DNA of 36,357 bases from a virus: the UHGV virus genome UHGV-1353415; one strand, 5' to 3'. The position numbers and the translations under genes were made by a program. The notes beneath the pieces were generated by a model. The model ran no database searches. It worked only from the letters and a program-made list of their open reading frames with translations, and was not told the origin of the DNA. This document shows positions 19,809 through 27,678 of this stretch, in pieces (the first letter of the stretch is position 1; each line of letters opens with the position of its first letter).

Positions 19809-19980
19809 CGCCACCGTTAAGAATCCACCCTTCAACAGCTTCACGAAGGTATGATTTGGGGTGGGTTCTGACTGGCTTCGGAAATCCGTGCCGTTTGGTA
19901 TAGTTCCAGATTGTCTGACGTGATGAAACACCGAGCTTGTTCATCACTTCTTTCTCAGGAATCAGGCTGGTATCGGTCAT
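19789..19980 (-). CDS. AlpA-family excisionase / transcriptional regulator
   Basis: 63 aa; ..LGVSSRQTIWNYTKRHGFPKPVR.. winged-HTH pattern; convergent with int, 3' ends overlap by 20 nt. Confidence 0.6.
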   Translation of the reverse strand: MTDTSLIPEKEVMNKLGVSSRQTIWNYTKRHGFPKPVRTHPKSYLREAVEGWILNGGVNQKCS

Positions 19981-20057
19981 CTTAATTCTCCAGGCAAAAA
20001 GAAACCGCCATATAGCGGCTCTATCAGATATGTACAGGCCTCATCGAGTGTGAGGCG

Positions 20058-20402
20058 TTAGTCCTTGCGTAGCTCGCTGATTCTTCTGTAAGTCTCTGGT
20101 GCTTTGTTTCCGTGTATCTTCATTTCAGACTTCAACAGAGCAACGAGAGAATCCCATTCGTTGAGGATGCCTTTGAATGCCGGAACGCGCTTTGCAACCT
20201 TGTCGAATGAATCTCTGATTTCTGGAATCTGCTCAACAAGTGCAACGCATCGTCTGAAATCGGCTGCGTCATGTGGAGCACCGAAGCCATGACCATAGAT
20301 ATTCTTTTTCAGTCCACATGCGATTGAGGCAAGAGTTGCGCTACTGATGCCAACATCGCCAGTCGATTGCCATTTCAAAACTTTCATAGCCAAATCTGAC
20401 AT
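20058..20402 (-). CDS. hypothetical protein
   Basis: 114-aa ORF with SD GGAG 8 nt upstream; directly downstream of two hairpin terminators. Confidence 0.5.
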   Translation of the reverse strand: MSDLAMKVLKWQSTGDVGISSATLASIACGLKKNIYGHGFGAPHDAADFRRCVALVEQIPEIRDSFDKVAKRVPAFKGILNEWDSLVALLKSEMKIHGNKAPETYRRISELRKD

Positions 20403-20410
20403 TTCTTGTC

Positions 20411-20470
20411 TCCATAAAACAAAACTCGCCGTAGCGAGTTCAGATAAAAGAAAACCCGCACTCGGCGGGT
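20411..20470 (-). terminator. two tandem Rho-independent terminators (minus strand)
   Basis: Minus-strand hairpins ACCCGCCGAGTGCGGGT + TTTTCTTTT and ACTCGCTACGGCGAGT + TTTTGTTTT. Confidence 0.5.
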
Positions 20471-20750
20471 TCGCATTCGTTCAAATTGCGTTTACTTCTT
20501 GGCGTTCTGTTCATCCATATCGATATACCATGGGTTGCTTCCCTTGGGCATGTTTAACGACTGCTCGCGATAGTATCTGATGCGCTCCATGAAATACTCG
20601 CGTGAGTGCTCAGGTTGCTCTCATGATACCTGCTCAGTGATAACAGGCATGTTAAGGCGCTCTCTGTACTCCATGCCTGATGCTGCAAGGTCAACGTTTA
20701 CCTTGTTCTGTTTTTCTTTCGATTTCTCGGCGATGTTATGCCTGACATTG

Positions 20751-20993
20751 TCAACCCGCCTCCTTCTGAACATAACGGTTATAAATCAGTCCCTGAGGGC
20801 CATAAGGAAGCGGGATGTGCAACTCCTCTGGTTCAGAAACTATCCATTCCCCGGCCATCTCCGCTGGAGAGGTAATGATAAGTTGTTTGCTAATAAAAGG
20901 ACCACTCCTCTCAACAACAAGCTTACCATCTTCATTAATAAAAGCTTGGATGTCAGGTGTGCTTCCACACTTGGTGATGCAGCGTTTGAACAT
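20751..20993 (-). CDS. hypothetical 80-aa protein (accessory gene with own promoter)
   Basis: ORF MFKRCITKCG..; extended -10 promoter upstream and terminators downstream on the same strand. Confidence 0.5.
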   Translation of the reverse strand: MFKRCITKCGSTPDIQAFINEDGKLVVERSGPFISKQLIITSPAEMAGEWIVSEPEELHIPLPYGPQGLIYNRYVQKEAG

Positions 20994-21000
20994 TTTGTGT

Positions 21001-21008
21001 CCCCCCCC
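21001..21008 (-). repeat. G8 homopolymer (C8 on + strand) in the 5' leader / SD region
   Basis: Minus-strand ATGGGGGGGGACACAAA ATG; tract sits where the ribosome-binding site should be. Confidence 0.7.
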
Positions 21009-21025
21009 ATTTTATGTACGGGGTA

Positions 21026-21060
21026 ATTATAACACATTGAAATATAGTAATATTTGACGT
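21026..21060 (-). promoter_or_regulatory. extended -10 promoter (TGTTATAAT on minus strand) for the 80-aa gene
   Basis: Minus-strand TGnTATAAT at 21026..21034, about 33 nt upstream of the ATG; -35 weak. Confidence 0.4.
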
Positions 21061-21121
21061 AGATTTCTTTTGATCTATAAGCGGTTTTTTAATGCTTTTA
21101 AGTTATAAATACTTGTTTTCA

Positions 21122-21793
21122 TCACCCATCTTGCTGCGGTGCTACTATTGAAAAGTACTCACACCCTTTAGCCCAAATAGTTTTGATAGTTGTCCAACTG
21201 ACTGGAACCTTGATTTCGATTCTCCCGCTGCCGTCACAAGTTTCGCAATCATCATCACCAAAGCATTCCGGGCAGCTTATAAACGTAGTTTCTGAAAATT
21301 CACCGGATAGCACACCCTTAGCGCCGTTCTCAGCGGTTAGTTTCTTCGGCACTATAACCCAACCATCCGGAGTTACCGGAGAGTTGCCGGGTTCTTTAAT
21401 GTGCAAACGAGGCTCACCATCTTTTGGTTCAGGCCACTGACGTTCCATGTTGATCTTCAATTTATTTTCCATAGCAGCGGTAATTTCAGCATCACTGATA
21501 CCGGCACGGCGCTGTGCATCCCACAACAGGAACTGCATATCAGCCCACTCGCTGAGATCGTCAGGTTCGGCTGCGGCTTCCAGAGCCTCTTTTGAGAGGT
21601 GTTTCAGTGGACCAATGGGGCCAACGCAGCCAAATGTGGAGTCAGACCATTTGGCATGCTCGTGGCGAATCTGTTCGCGTTCCAGTGATGCCAGTGCAAT
21701 TCGTGCCAGTTCCATTTGTTCGCCACGAGTAAGCCCGTTTTCAAGCGGATTTTTAATGAATAATTCGATACGTTCTTTGGTAATAGTGGTCAT
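21122..21793 (-). CDS. MazG-like nucleotide pyrophosphohydrolase-domain protein with C-terminal Cys-rich (zinc-ribbon-like) region
   Basis: 223 aa; N-terminal ..EWADMQFLLWDAQRRAGISDAEITAAMENKL.. MazG-like pattern; C-terminal CPECFGDDDCETCDGSG. Confidence 0.45.
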   Translation of the reverse strand: MTTITKERIELFIKNPLENGLTRGEQMELARIALASLEREQIRHEHAKWSDSTFGCVGPIGPLKHLSKEALEAAAEPDDLSEWADMQFLLWDAQRRAGISDAEITAAMENKLKINMERQWPEPKDGEPRLHIKEPGNSPVTPDGWVIVPKKLTAENGAKGVLSGEFSETTFISCPECFGDDDCETCDGSGRIEIKVPVSWTTIKTIWAKGCEYFSIVAPQQDG

Positions 21794-21795
21794 AG

Positions 21796-21987
21796 CTATT
21801 TCACCTTAATCTCAACATTTCGCAGCTTTAGCTCTACTGGCAGGTCTGACTTTCCTGTTAATGCTAATGCGAGATTTTCTGGGGTAATGAGAGCAGTTAT
21901 TGCTTTCCCCATTGCCAGACGAATAATTATTCGTATTTCGCGATCGTCACATGCTCCTGGTCGAACGATTGATATTTGTCCGTCCAT
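21796..21987 (-). CDS. hypothetical protein
   Basis: 63-aa ORF tightly packed between neighbours. Confidence 0.35.
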   Translation of the reverse strand: MDGQISIVRPGACDDREIRIIIRLAMGKAITALITPENLALALTGKSDLPVELKLRNVEIKVK

Positions 21988-21988
21988 C

Positions 21989-22549
21989 TCACTCTCCTTT
22001 GATGCGAATGCCAGCGGAGCGGATTGCAGCGATGACTTCAGAAACTTTGTATGCCATTACCGTTTGGTAATCCTCGTGGAAATCTGTTCGATGAAGCATG
22101 CTGCTACGTTCCGGGAGCAGTATTTCCCGCGCTTCCAGTTCTGCAATGCGCTTCTCTGCGGCTTCCAGCTCAACACGCAGCTTCCCTACCGTTAGCGCAA
22201 TATCCTCGTTCTCCTGGTCGCGGCGTTTGATGTATTGCTGGTTTCTTTCCCGTTCATCCAGAAGCGCCAGCACGGTAGCTGGACTGGCTGCGGCGATGAA
22301 TTCAGCGTTGGCCTGCTGTTCCATTTGGAAATCTTCATCGAAACCGCTTTCTGGATGCGCTCCTTCAATTCTGCAAATGGGAAGATATCCAACAACTTCA
22401 CGATGAATTAGTGCATCACCAGCATCAAATCTCTCCTCTCCATATTCGAGCGACCACACACCACACGTTGCTTTTTCTGCCTTAGCACGCAGTGCCTGAT
22501 AGTCAATCTTGCTCACTGGTTGCCTCCTTTGCGAAGCTGCTCCGCACAA
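21989..22549 (-). CDS. Ea22/Ead-like protein (start uncertain)
   Basis: Coiled-coil-rich ORF; one of three adjacent paralogue-like genes. Confidence 0.45.
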   Translation of the reverse strand: MCGAASQRRQPVSKIDYQALRAKAEKATCGVWSLEYGEERFDAGDALIHREVVGYLPICRIEGAHPESGFDEDFQMEQQANAEFIAAASPATVLALLDERERNQQYIKRRDQENEDIALTVGKLRVELEAAEKRIAELEAREILLPERSSMLHRTDFHEDYQTVMAYKVSEVIAAIRSAGIRIKGE

Positions 22550-23157
22550 TGCAGCAGGGCGTCCGTCGCTTCTTTCACCGTAACGATGTCGCCATCGTCC
22601 AGCCCGGCAACCGTCGCGTCCTTAACGAACACCGAGCAAAGGTCATTAAACGCCTGCGCACGTACTTCAGCCAGGAGAGCGTCGGTGACCGGAGTTTCAG
22701 GAATCCGTCTCCTCATCCGTTCTATTGCATGATTGAACCCGAAATCTTCAGCAAGAGATACGTCATCCATATTGTCATTGTCGTCCTCAATATCCAGTGG
22801 TTCTGGAATTGCAGACTTTATTACCGCATTCTCCGCTGCCAGCGCCGCACACTTGGCCTCAAGAGCGGCAACCACTTCCTGATGGTCTTTGTACTTAACG
22901 TATGAGCCGGAGATGTCATCACCTTCGGTGTTTAGCCATGCGTCATTGCAATTCACTGCGTAGGTTCTGATGCTCATGCTGATGCTCTCCCGCCCCTGAC
23001 AGACGCCAGGCCAGTCAATAAAGTATCCGCAATGCCTACCCTCAGACGTGCGCGCAGGATAAATGCCGTTATGACCCGGCAAAATATATGCTACCCATTC
23101 ATCTTGCGTTGCCTGTTTCGCCGCCTCGCGCAGTTCTTTATAGTTAATTTCGCTCAC
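22513..23157 (-). CDS. Ea22/Ead-like protein
   Basis: 214 aa; C-terminus ..[25 protein letters not shown] shared with the next paralogue. Confidence 0.5.
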   Translation of the reverse strand: MSEINYKELREAAKQATQDEWVAYILPGHNGIYPARTSEGRHCGYFIDWPGVCQGRESISMSIRTYAVNCNDAWLNTEGDDISGSYVKYKDHQEVVAALEAKCAALAAENAVIKSAIPEPLDIEDDNDNMDDVSLAEDFGFNHAIERMRRRIPETPVTDALLAEVRAQAFNDLCSVFVKDATVAGLDDGDIVTVKEATDALLHCAEQLRKGGNQ

Positions 23158-23648
23158 TGGTTGCCTCCTTTACGAAGCTGGGCAGCAATACTTACGCATA
23201 TCTCTGCGCCTCTAATCAGCCCCGGAACGTTCTTGTTTGGCCCAACTTCACCATCAAAAAAATCAATCATCGCGTTGCGAGCCATATCCACGCCCTGCGC
23301 TCGAACTTCAGCTAGGAAAGCGTCGGTGGCTGGGGTTTCAGTAACATCATCTTCCCATTCGCTAAACTCCTCACGACAAAAGTCATTAAATTCCTTCTCA
23401 GATTGCTTAAGTGAGGTATTTTCAGCAGCCATCTTCGCGCATTTAGCCTCAAGGTTATCAATCGTGATTCCAGCAGAACGACACTCCCGCAACGCCGTTT
23501 CCAGTTTTGATTCAAGTTCACCGAACTTACGGACAAGATATTCAGCGTTTGTTTCGTTAACCTTTAAATCACTTGGGATGCATTTACCTTTCAGAAATCC
23601 ATCCATCTCAATTAGTGTCATTTGTTTCATTTCTTCCCACTCCGCCAC
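23154..23648 (-). CDS. Ea22/Ead-like protein
   Basis: 164 aa; C-terminus ..[25 protein letters not shown]. Confidence 0.5.
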   Translation of the reverse strand: MAEWEEMKQMTLIEMDGFLKGKCIPSDLKVNETNAEYLVRKFGELESKLETALRECRSAGITIDNLEAKCAKMAAENTSLKQSEKEFNDFCREEFSEWEDDVTETPATDAFLAEVRAQGVDMARNAMIDFFDGEVGPNKNVPGLIRGAEICVSIAAQLRKGGNQ

Positions 23649-23807
23649 ATTGCATTCAGATATTTGTTTTGATTTACTGATGGAAAAGAATTTCTCTTAA
23701 GCAATTCCTCTCTTGATGGCATTGGCTTTACGCGTTGGCGAATAATCATTTCTGCCGGAAGAATGCCGGGATTGTATGCAAGTCCTCTCATGGTAAATTC
23801 CTCTTTG

Positions 23808-24134
23808 TTAATTTATTCGTATGCCTGCTCTTTCTTCATCGAGTTTTTTTAGCTTGTATCGCATAGCTCTTACTGAATAAATTGAGCGGCAGGTTGCAAT
23901 TGCTATTTCTTCTGCGGAGAACTTACCGAAAAGTGATACTTCGGCTCTTGTCCATCGTCTTCCACGAAGTCGGCTAACAATGTCAGCGCCAATCCTTGTT
24001 GCTTTCGCCATTACTGCTTTTTCAGTCCTTTCCAGTTTTTCAGCGATAACTTCAACTGGCATTGTCGCCGCTACTTCGCGCAAGAAATCGACTTCCCATT
24101 TCTCCCATGGAGTCTTTTTCATAGGCGATACCAT
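23808..24134 (-). CDS. hypothetical protein
   Basis: 108-aa ORF in the early-left operon. Confidence 0.4.
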   Translation of the reverse strand: MVSPMKKTPWEKWEVDFLREVAATMPVEVIAEKLERTEKAVMAKATRIGADIVSRLRGRRWTRAEVSLFGKFSAEEIAIATCRSIYSVRAMRYKLKKLDEERAGIRIN

Positions 24135-24622
24135 TATTTGATAAGAAGTGAAGGTTTCCCAACTTTGAGTTGAGCGCCGGGGATATTTATTCCTGCTTTT
24201 AGTTGGTGTTTGATTGCCAGTTTGTCGGCTTTAATTGTCGTTTCAAACTCAACGTATTCAGGAGGAAGGGCGCTTGAGTCGATGATTTCTACAGTTTCTG
24301 ATGGTTTGCGGATTGTTACCTGGTGAATACCTGCTCGAATCTTTTTCTTGCCAACCATTTCAAGCGATGACGCTATATACGCCATAATGCTGTCAATCTT
24401 ATTTTGAATTACTGCGGCTCGCTCATTCAGTGACTTTGCCTCGTCCTTGAGGCGTTCAGCATAACCAGATTCATTTTTAATAATGGCAAGAAGTTGCTCT
24501 ATTTTATCGGTAAATTCTCCTTCCATGCCTTCTATTGTGTCAGCAATCATCTCTGGCTCTAAATCTGAATCCATCAATTTTGCGTATTCATTGGCAATTT
24601 CATACAGTTTGCTCACTGGCAA
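24134..24622 (-). CDS. Gp157-family protein (Sipho_Gp157-like)
   Basis: 162 aa, helical, immediately downstream of the recombinase as in Gp157/recombinase pairs. Confidence 0.5.
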   Translation of the reverse strand: MPVSKLYEIANEYAKLMDSDLEPEMIADTIEGMEGEFTDKIEQLLAIIKNESGYAERLKDEAKSLNERAAVIQNKIDSIMAYIASSLEMVGKKKIRAGIHQVTIRKPSETVEIIDSSALPPEYVEFETTIKADKLAIKHQLKAGINIPGAQLKVGKPSLLIK

Positions 24623-25502
24623 CCTCCAGTTTCGCTTTGCATTCTGCGTAAATGGCTTGTACGTTCTGCTGCAATTTCATTCCAGCTGTCAGGCGATATG
24701 CTTCTGCAAAATATCGCTTCAAATCATCCATGTTTTCTGCCTGAGCCATTTCATCGCAAAGAAGTTGTGCTTTATCCATTATTTCCTGCTGGCGTTTCCG
24801 TTCATCTTCGCGGATATCTTCCTCTGATTTGTGCGGCATAACTGGTTCCTGATGCATACCTTCATCTTCGTTAAGCAGGTGAATGGCATTATCCAGTCGC
24901 TGGGCTTTAGGCCAGTATTTGCTGGCGCGTTTAACTATTGTTTTACGCGCCATCTCTTCCCAGAATGTTTTCCACGGTCCATTCTTTGCCTTGCTCGTTG
25001 CTTCCACAGCTTTAATTTCTGCCAGACTCATTTCTTCAGTCAGGTAGTCACCATCTGCTGTTTTAACCGTGCAATAACCTCCAACAATAGAGCCTCGCTC
25101 ACCAAATGCGTTGTATTTGTGGGTTGGTGCTGAATCAAGGCCATTTGATTCATAGGTGTCGTTTGAGTACACCAGTTTGCATTGCCCCCACTTAATTGAT
25201 CCTGTCGATTGCGCAAGATGAAGTAATCCCATGTAACTGATATCAAGGCACACCATGCCGTCGCGAGGAACCAGATAAGCCAGTTTGCTGGCCGGGTTTA
25301 AGGTGATGCCGATCGCCGCAACATTGATGATGGCGTTCTGTGCGCTGGTTGGATTTGCCAGTGCTGTTTTAGCCAGGTAATCGTTTTTCTGGAAATACTG
25401 AATTGCAAACTGGCTTTCCTTAGCCCATGTCACCGTCTGTTCAGTCAATGCTCCGCAGAATAACTGCTCCTGCTGTTTAACGAATTCAACGATATTGCTC
25501 AT
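24600..25502 (-). CDS. recT: RecT-family single-strand annealing recombinase
   Basis: 300 aa; ..NGPWKTFWEEMARKTIVKRASKYWP.. matches the RecT signature (GPWVTHWEEMAKKTAIRRLFKYLP in E. coli RecT). Confidence 0.75.
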   Translation of the reverse strand: MSNIVEFVKQQEQLFCGALTEQTVTWAKESQFAIQYFQKNDYLAKTALANPTSAQNAIINVAAIGITLNPASKLAYLVPRDGMVCLDISYMGLLHLAQSTGSIKWGQCKLVYSNDTYESNGLDSAPTHKYNAFGERGSIVGGYCTVKTADGDYLTEEMSLAEIKAVEATSKAKNGPWKTFWEEMARKTIVKRASKYWPKAQRLDNAIHLLNEDEGMHQEPVMPHKSEEDIREDERKRQQEIMDKAQLLCDEMAQAENMDDLKRYFAEAYRLTAGMKLQQNVQAIYAECKAKLEVASEQTV

Positions 25503-25810
25503 GCAGCTTCTCCAAAAATGTGTCTGCGTTTGAATATTGCGAAGGCATATTCAGCCTTAACTCTTTCGGTTATTGCATCCCAGAACCATTCAGCGGCTTT
25601 TTCCTGATAGTTACAGTCATCATCTTCCAGCCAGTCGATAGCGTCCTTAGTGTGTTCATCTGGTTTATATGAGCGAAGCATTTCGCTTATTGGGTCGCAA
25701 CGTTTGCAGAGGCGATCAACTTCACTGTTGATTCGCTCGTAATCTTCATCAGTAAAACTTGCGATTATTTGCGATATTTCACGCTTATCATTCAGAGTCA
25801 GAATCATCAT
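25499..25810 (-). CDS. hypothetical early protein
   Basis: 103-aa ORF overlapping the recT start (ATGA). Confidence 0.45.
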   Translation of the reverse strand: MMILTLNDKREISQIIASFTDEDYERINSEVDRLCKRCDPISEMLRSYKPDEHTKDAIDWLEDDDCNYQEKAAEWFWDAITERVKAEYAFAIFKRRHIFGEAA

Positions 25811-25891
25811 CTTTCTCCTGTTCTTTGTGCTGATTGAGCATTTTGTTCATCTGACGAATGAATTCTTCGTCTGACCAGTTATCTGTAAAAC

Positions 25892-26062
25892 TCATGGACG
25901 GCCTTGTTGTTTCAAAATATCCCAAAGCTTTTCGAGCAAACTTTTCATTCTTGGTTGTTTAAAGTCTGCTCCGGTTAAAATGTTTTTTCGTGAATGCTGT
26001 ACCGATAAAATCGGGTTGAAAGGGCGAACCGATGCCGCCCCTGCAATAGCGAACTGTTGCAT
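25892..26062 (-). CDS. cIII: CIII-like FtsH-inhibitor protein
   Basis: 56 aa from ATG at 26062 with SD GAAGGAG; MQQFAIAG.. and ..SLLEKLWDILKQQG resemble lambda CIII (MQYAIAGWP.. ..WKRLIDILNQPG). The track's 91-aa version has an implausible upstream extension. Confidence 0.55.
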   Translation of the reverse strand: MQQFAIAGAASVRPFNPILSVQHSRKNILTGADFKQPRMKSLLEKLWDILKQQGRP

Positions 26063-26127
26063 AGGATGCTCCTTCTGTTTGATTGCATAACGAAAACGCC
26101 TCGAGTGAAGCGTTATTGGTATGCATA

Positions 26128-26151
26128 TAAAAAAGCCCTCACATTGGAGGG
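26128..26151 (-). terminator. Rho-independent terminator (tL-like) upstream of cIII
   Basis: Minus-strand CCCTC-CAATGT-GAGGG followed by CTTTTTTAT. Confidence 0.5.
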
Positions 26152-26247
26152 CAAAGAAGATTTCCAATAATCAGAACAAGTCGGCTCCTGTTTAGTTACG
26201 AGCGACATTGCTCCGTGTATTCACTCGTTGGAATGAATACACAGTGC

Positions 26248-26451
26248 TTATTCGCGAGCTTTGAGCATTGCGTCTGCAAACTTATATGCAGCGCTTGCTG
26301 CATAATTAACAGCTCCATCAGAATCATTATCGATAATCGATGGATTGCTAATCATTGCTTGCATAGCCTTTGCCGCGAAGTAATCACGTAATGTCGCATC
26401 ACTTGCCATTTCTGGGCGTTTGATATCTGCTTCATAAAACTCGCACATCAC
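26248..26451 (-). CDS. hypothetical protein
   Basis: 67-aa ORF, ATGA overlap with the upstream gene. Confidence 0.4.
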   Translation of the reverse strand: MMCEFYEADIKRPEMASDATLRDYFAAKAMQAMISNPSIIDNDSDGAVNYAASAAYKFADAMLKARE

Positions 26452-26744
26452 TCACCTACCAGAGCCTTGCTGATTGCTGCAAGACCTTTATTAACAGCTC
26501 CATACCATTCTGGATATGTTGTCGTTGTTCTATTTTTGGATTGCTTAAGTAATAACTGAAGTGCTTCGAGAAGGTCAGGTGCTGCCGCTATTAGATTGGC
26601 ATCTTCAATGCATTGAACTTCCTCACAGATTGCAATATACGAACGCCAGCCTGCGCCATTTTCAAGAGAGTCTGCCTGGATGATTTTAATATCATCGCCA
26701 TCCATCATTATTTCCCACTTACCTTCAGTACCTTTAAATCCCAT
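26448..26744 (-). CDS. hypothetical protein
   Basis: 98-aa ORF in the early-left operon. Confidence 0.4.
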   Translation of the reverse strand: MGFKGTEGKWEIMMDGDDIKIIQADSLENGAGWRSYIAICEEVQCIEDANLIAAAPDLLEALQLLLKQSKNRTTTTYPEWYGAVNKGLAAISKALVGE

Positions 26745-26783
26745 GTTAGCCTCTGTTGTTTATGCCAAAAATAAAGGCCACCA

Positions 26784-26984
26784 TCAGGCAGCCTTGTTGT
26801 TCTGTTTACCAATTTCTCTGGCAATCATTGCCGTCGTTCGTATTGCCCATTTATCGACATATTTCCCATCTTCCATCACAGGAAACATTTCTTCAGGCTT
26901 AACCATGCATTCCGATTGCAGCTTGCATCCATTGCATCGTTTGAATTGTCCACACCATTGATTCTTATCAATAGTCGTAGTCAT
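26784..26984 (-). CDS. ral: Ral-like restriction-alleviation protein
   Basis: 66 aa, MTTTIDKNQWCGQFKRCNGCKLQSECMV.. closely matches my recollection of lambda Ral; first gene downstream of N. Confidence 0.5.
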   Translation of the reverse strand: MTTTIDKNQWCGQFKRCNGCKLQSECMVKPEEMFPVMEDGKYVDKWAIRTTAMIAREIGKQNNKAA

Positions 26985-27062
26985 ACGGATAGTCCTGGTA
27001 TTGTTCCATCACATCCTGCGGATGCTCTTCGAACTCTTCAAATTCTTCTTCCATATATCACC

Positions 27063-27362
27063 TCAAATAAGTGGTTTGCTGCCTAATTTCATTTTCTGGC
27101 GACCAACACAAGTCACACCCATTTCACTGCGTGGCTTGCGGTAGTAAATACGATTCTGTTTACTCTCGACTTCTTCTGCCTTCTTGCAGCGAAGGCTTCC
27201 GAGTGATGCCGCTTTGTCTGCTCTGACGCAACCAGAGAGCTTTAGCGCAATTTTTCGCGCCAGTGCTTCATTACTGCGTCGCTCGGCAATAAGTTCTGCT
27301 CTGCGAGCTTTGTAGCGGCTTTTTGCCGTACCTTTGGATTCTTTCCAGACAATGGTTACCAT
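27063..27362 (-). CDS. N: N-like transcription antiterminator
   Basis: ATG at 27362; Arg-rich N-terminal motif (AKSRYKARRAELIAERR); C-terminus ..NRIYYRKPRSEMGVTCVGRQKMKLGSKPLI aligns with lambda N ..QRTWYSKPGERGITCSGRQKIKGKSIPLI. Confidence 0.7.
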   Translation of the reverse strand: MVTIVWKESKGTAKSRYKARRAELIAERRSNEALARKIALKLSGCVRADKAASLGSLRCKKAEEVESKQNRIYYRKPRSEMGVTCVGRQKMKLGSKPLI

Positions 27363-27555
27363 GATGGTCTCCTTTAAGTGGCTTTGGCGCATGACGCGTC
27401 GAGGTGCTTATCTTCTCGATCGCTGTCTTGCAGCTGCAATTCGCGCCATCCCCAAAACCACTCAAGTTCTGGCCTCAACGGTTAGGTTGAGAGTCCGTCG
27501 ATGTTAAAGAGCCTGCCAATCTGTTCCGTTTGGCTTCCAGCGTCCTGCTGGTGGC

Positions 27556-27586
27556 TTAAATTTAAGACTTCTTAATTTATTGGTCA
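27556..27586 (-). promoter_or_regulatory. pL-like promoter with overlapping repressor operator(s)
   Basis: Minus strand TTGACC, 17 nt, TAAATT; overlapping AATTTAAGACTTCTTAATT operator-like imperfect palindrome. Confidence 0.5.
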
Positions 27587-27652
27587 AGTGCATTTTTGAA
27601 GAAAACTTAATTTTATGGGCGTGAATTTAGTTTGTCTTTGATTTTTAACGGG

Positions 27653-27678
27653 AAATAAAAAAGGGGCGAAAGCCCCTT
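27653..27678 (-). terminator. terminator at the end of the repressor gene
   Basis: GGGGC-GAAA-GCCCC hairpin with T-run on the minus strand, overlapping the c2 stop. Confidence 0.5.

Noticed and set aside
20492-20590. 32-aa minus-strand ORF between the moron and the tandem terminators
   Set aside because: Very short, no convincing RBS, sits in the 3' UTR/terminator region; treated as chance.
20580-21026. 148-aa plus-strand ORF spanning the 80-aa moron and its leader
   Set aside because: Runs antisense through the minus-strand gene and its promoter/G-tract; no RBS; the minus-strand gene has coherent promoter and terminator signals.
25892-26167. 91-aa version of the minus-strand ORF from the track
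   Set aside because: The upstream extension crosses a terminator hairpin and lacks an RBS; the internal ATG at 26062 has a strong SD and gives a CIII-like 56-aa protein.
27393-27676. Possible rexAB-type exclusion genes between the repressor and N
   Set aside because: No ORF of meaningful length on either strand; the region holds only the repressor terminator, operator/promoter-like sequences and the N leader.
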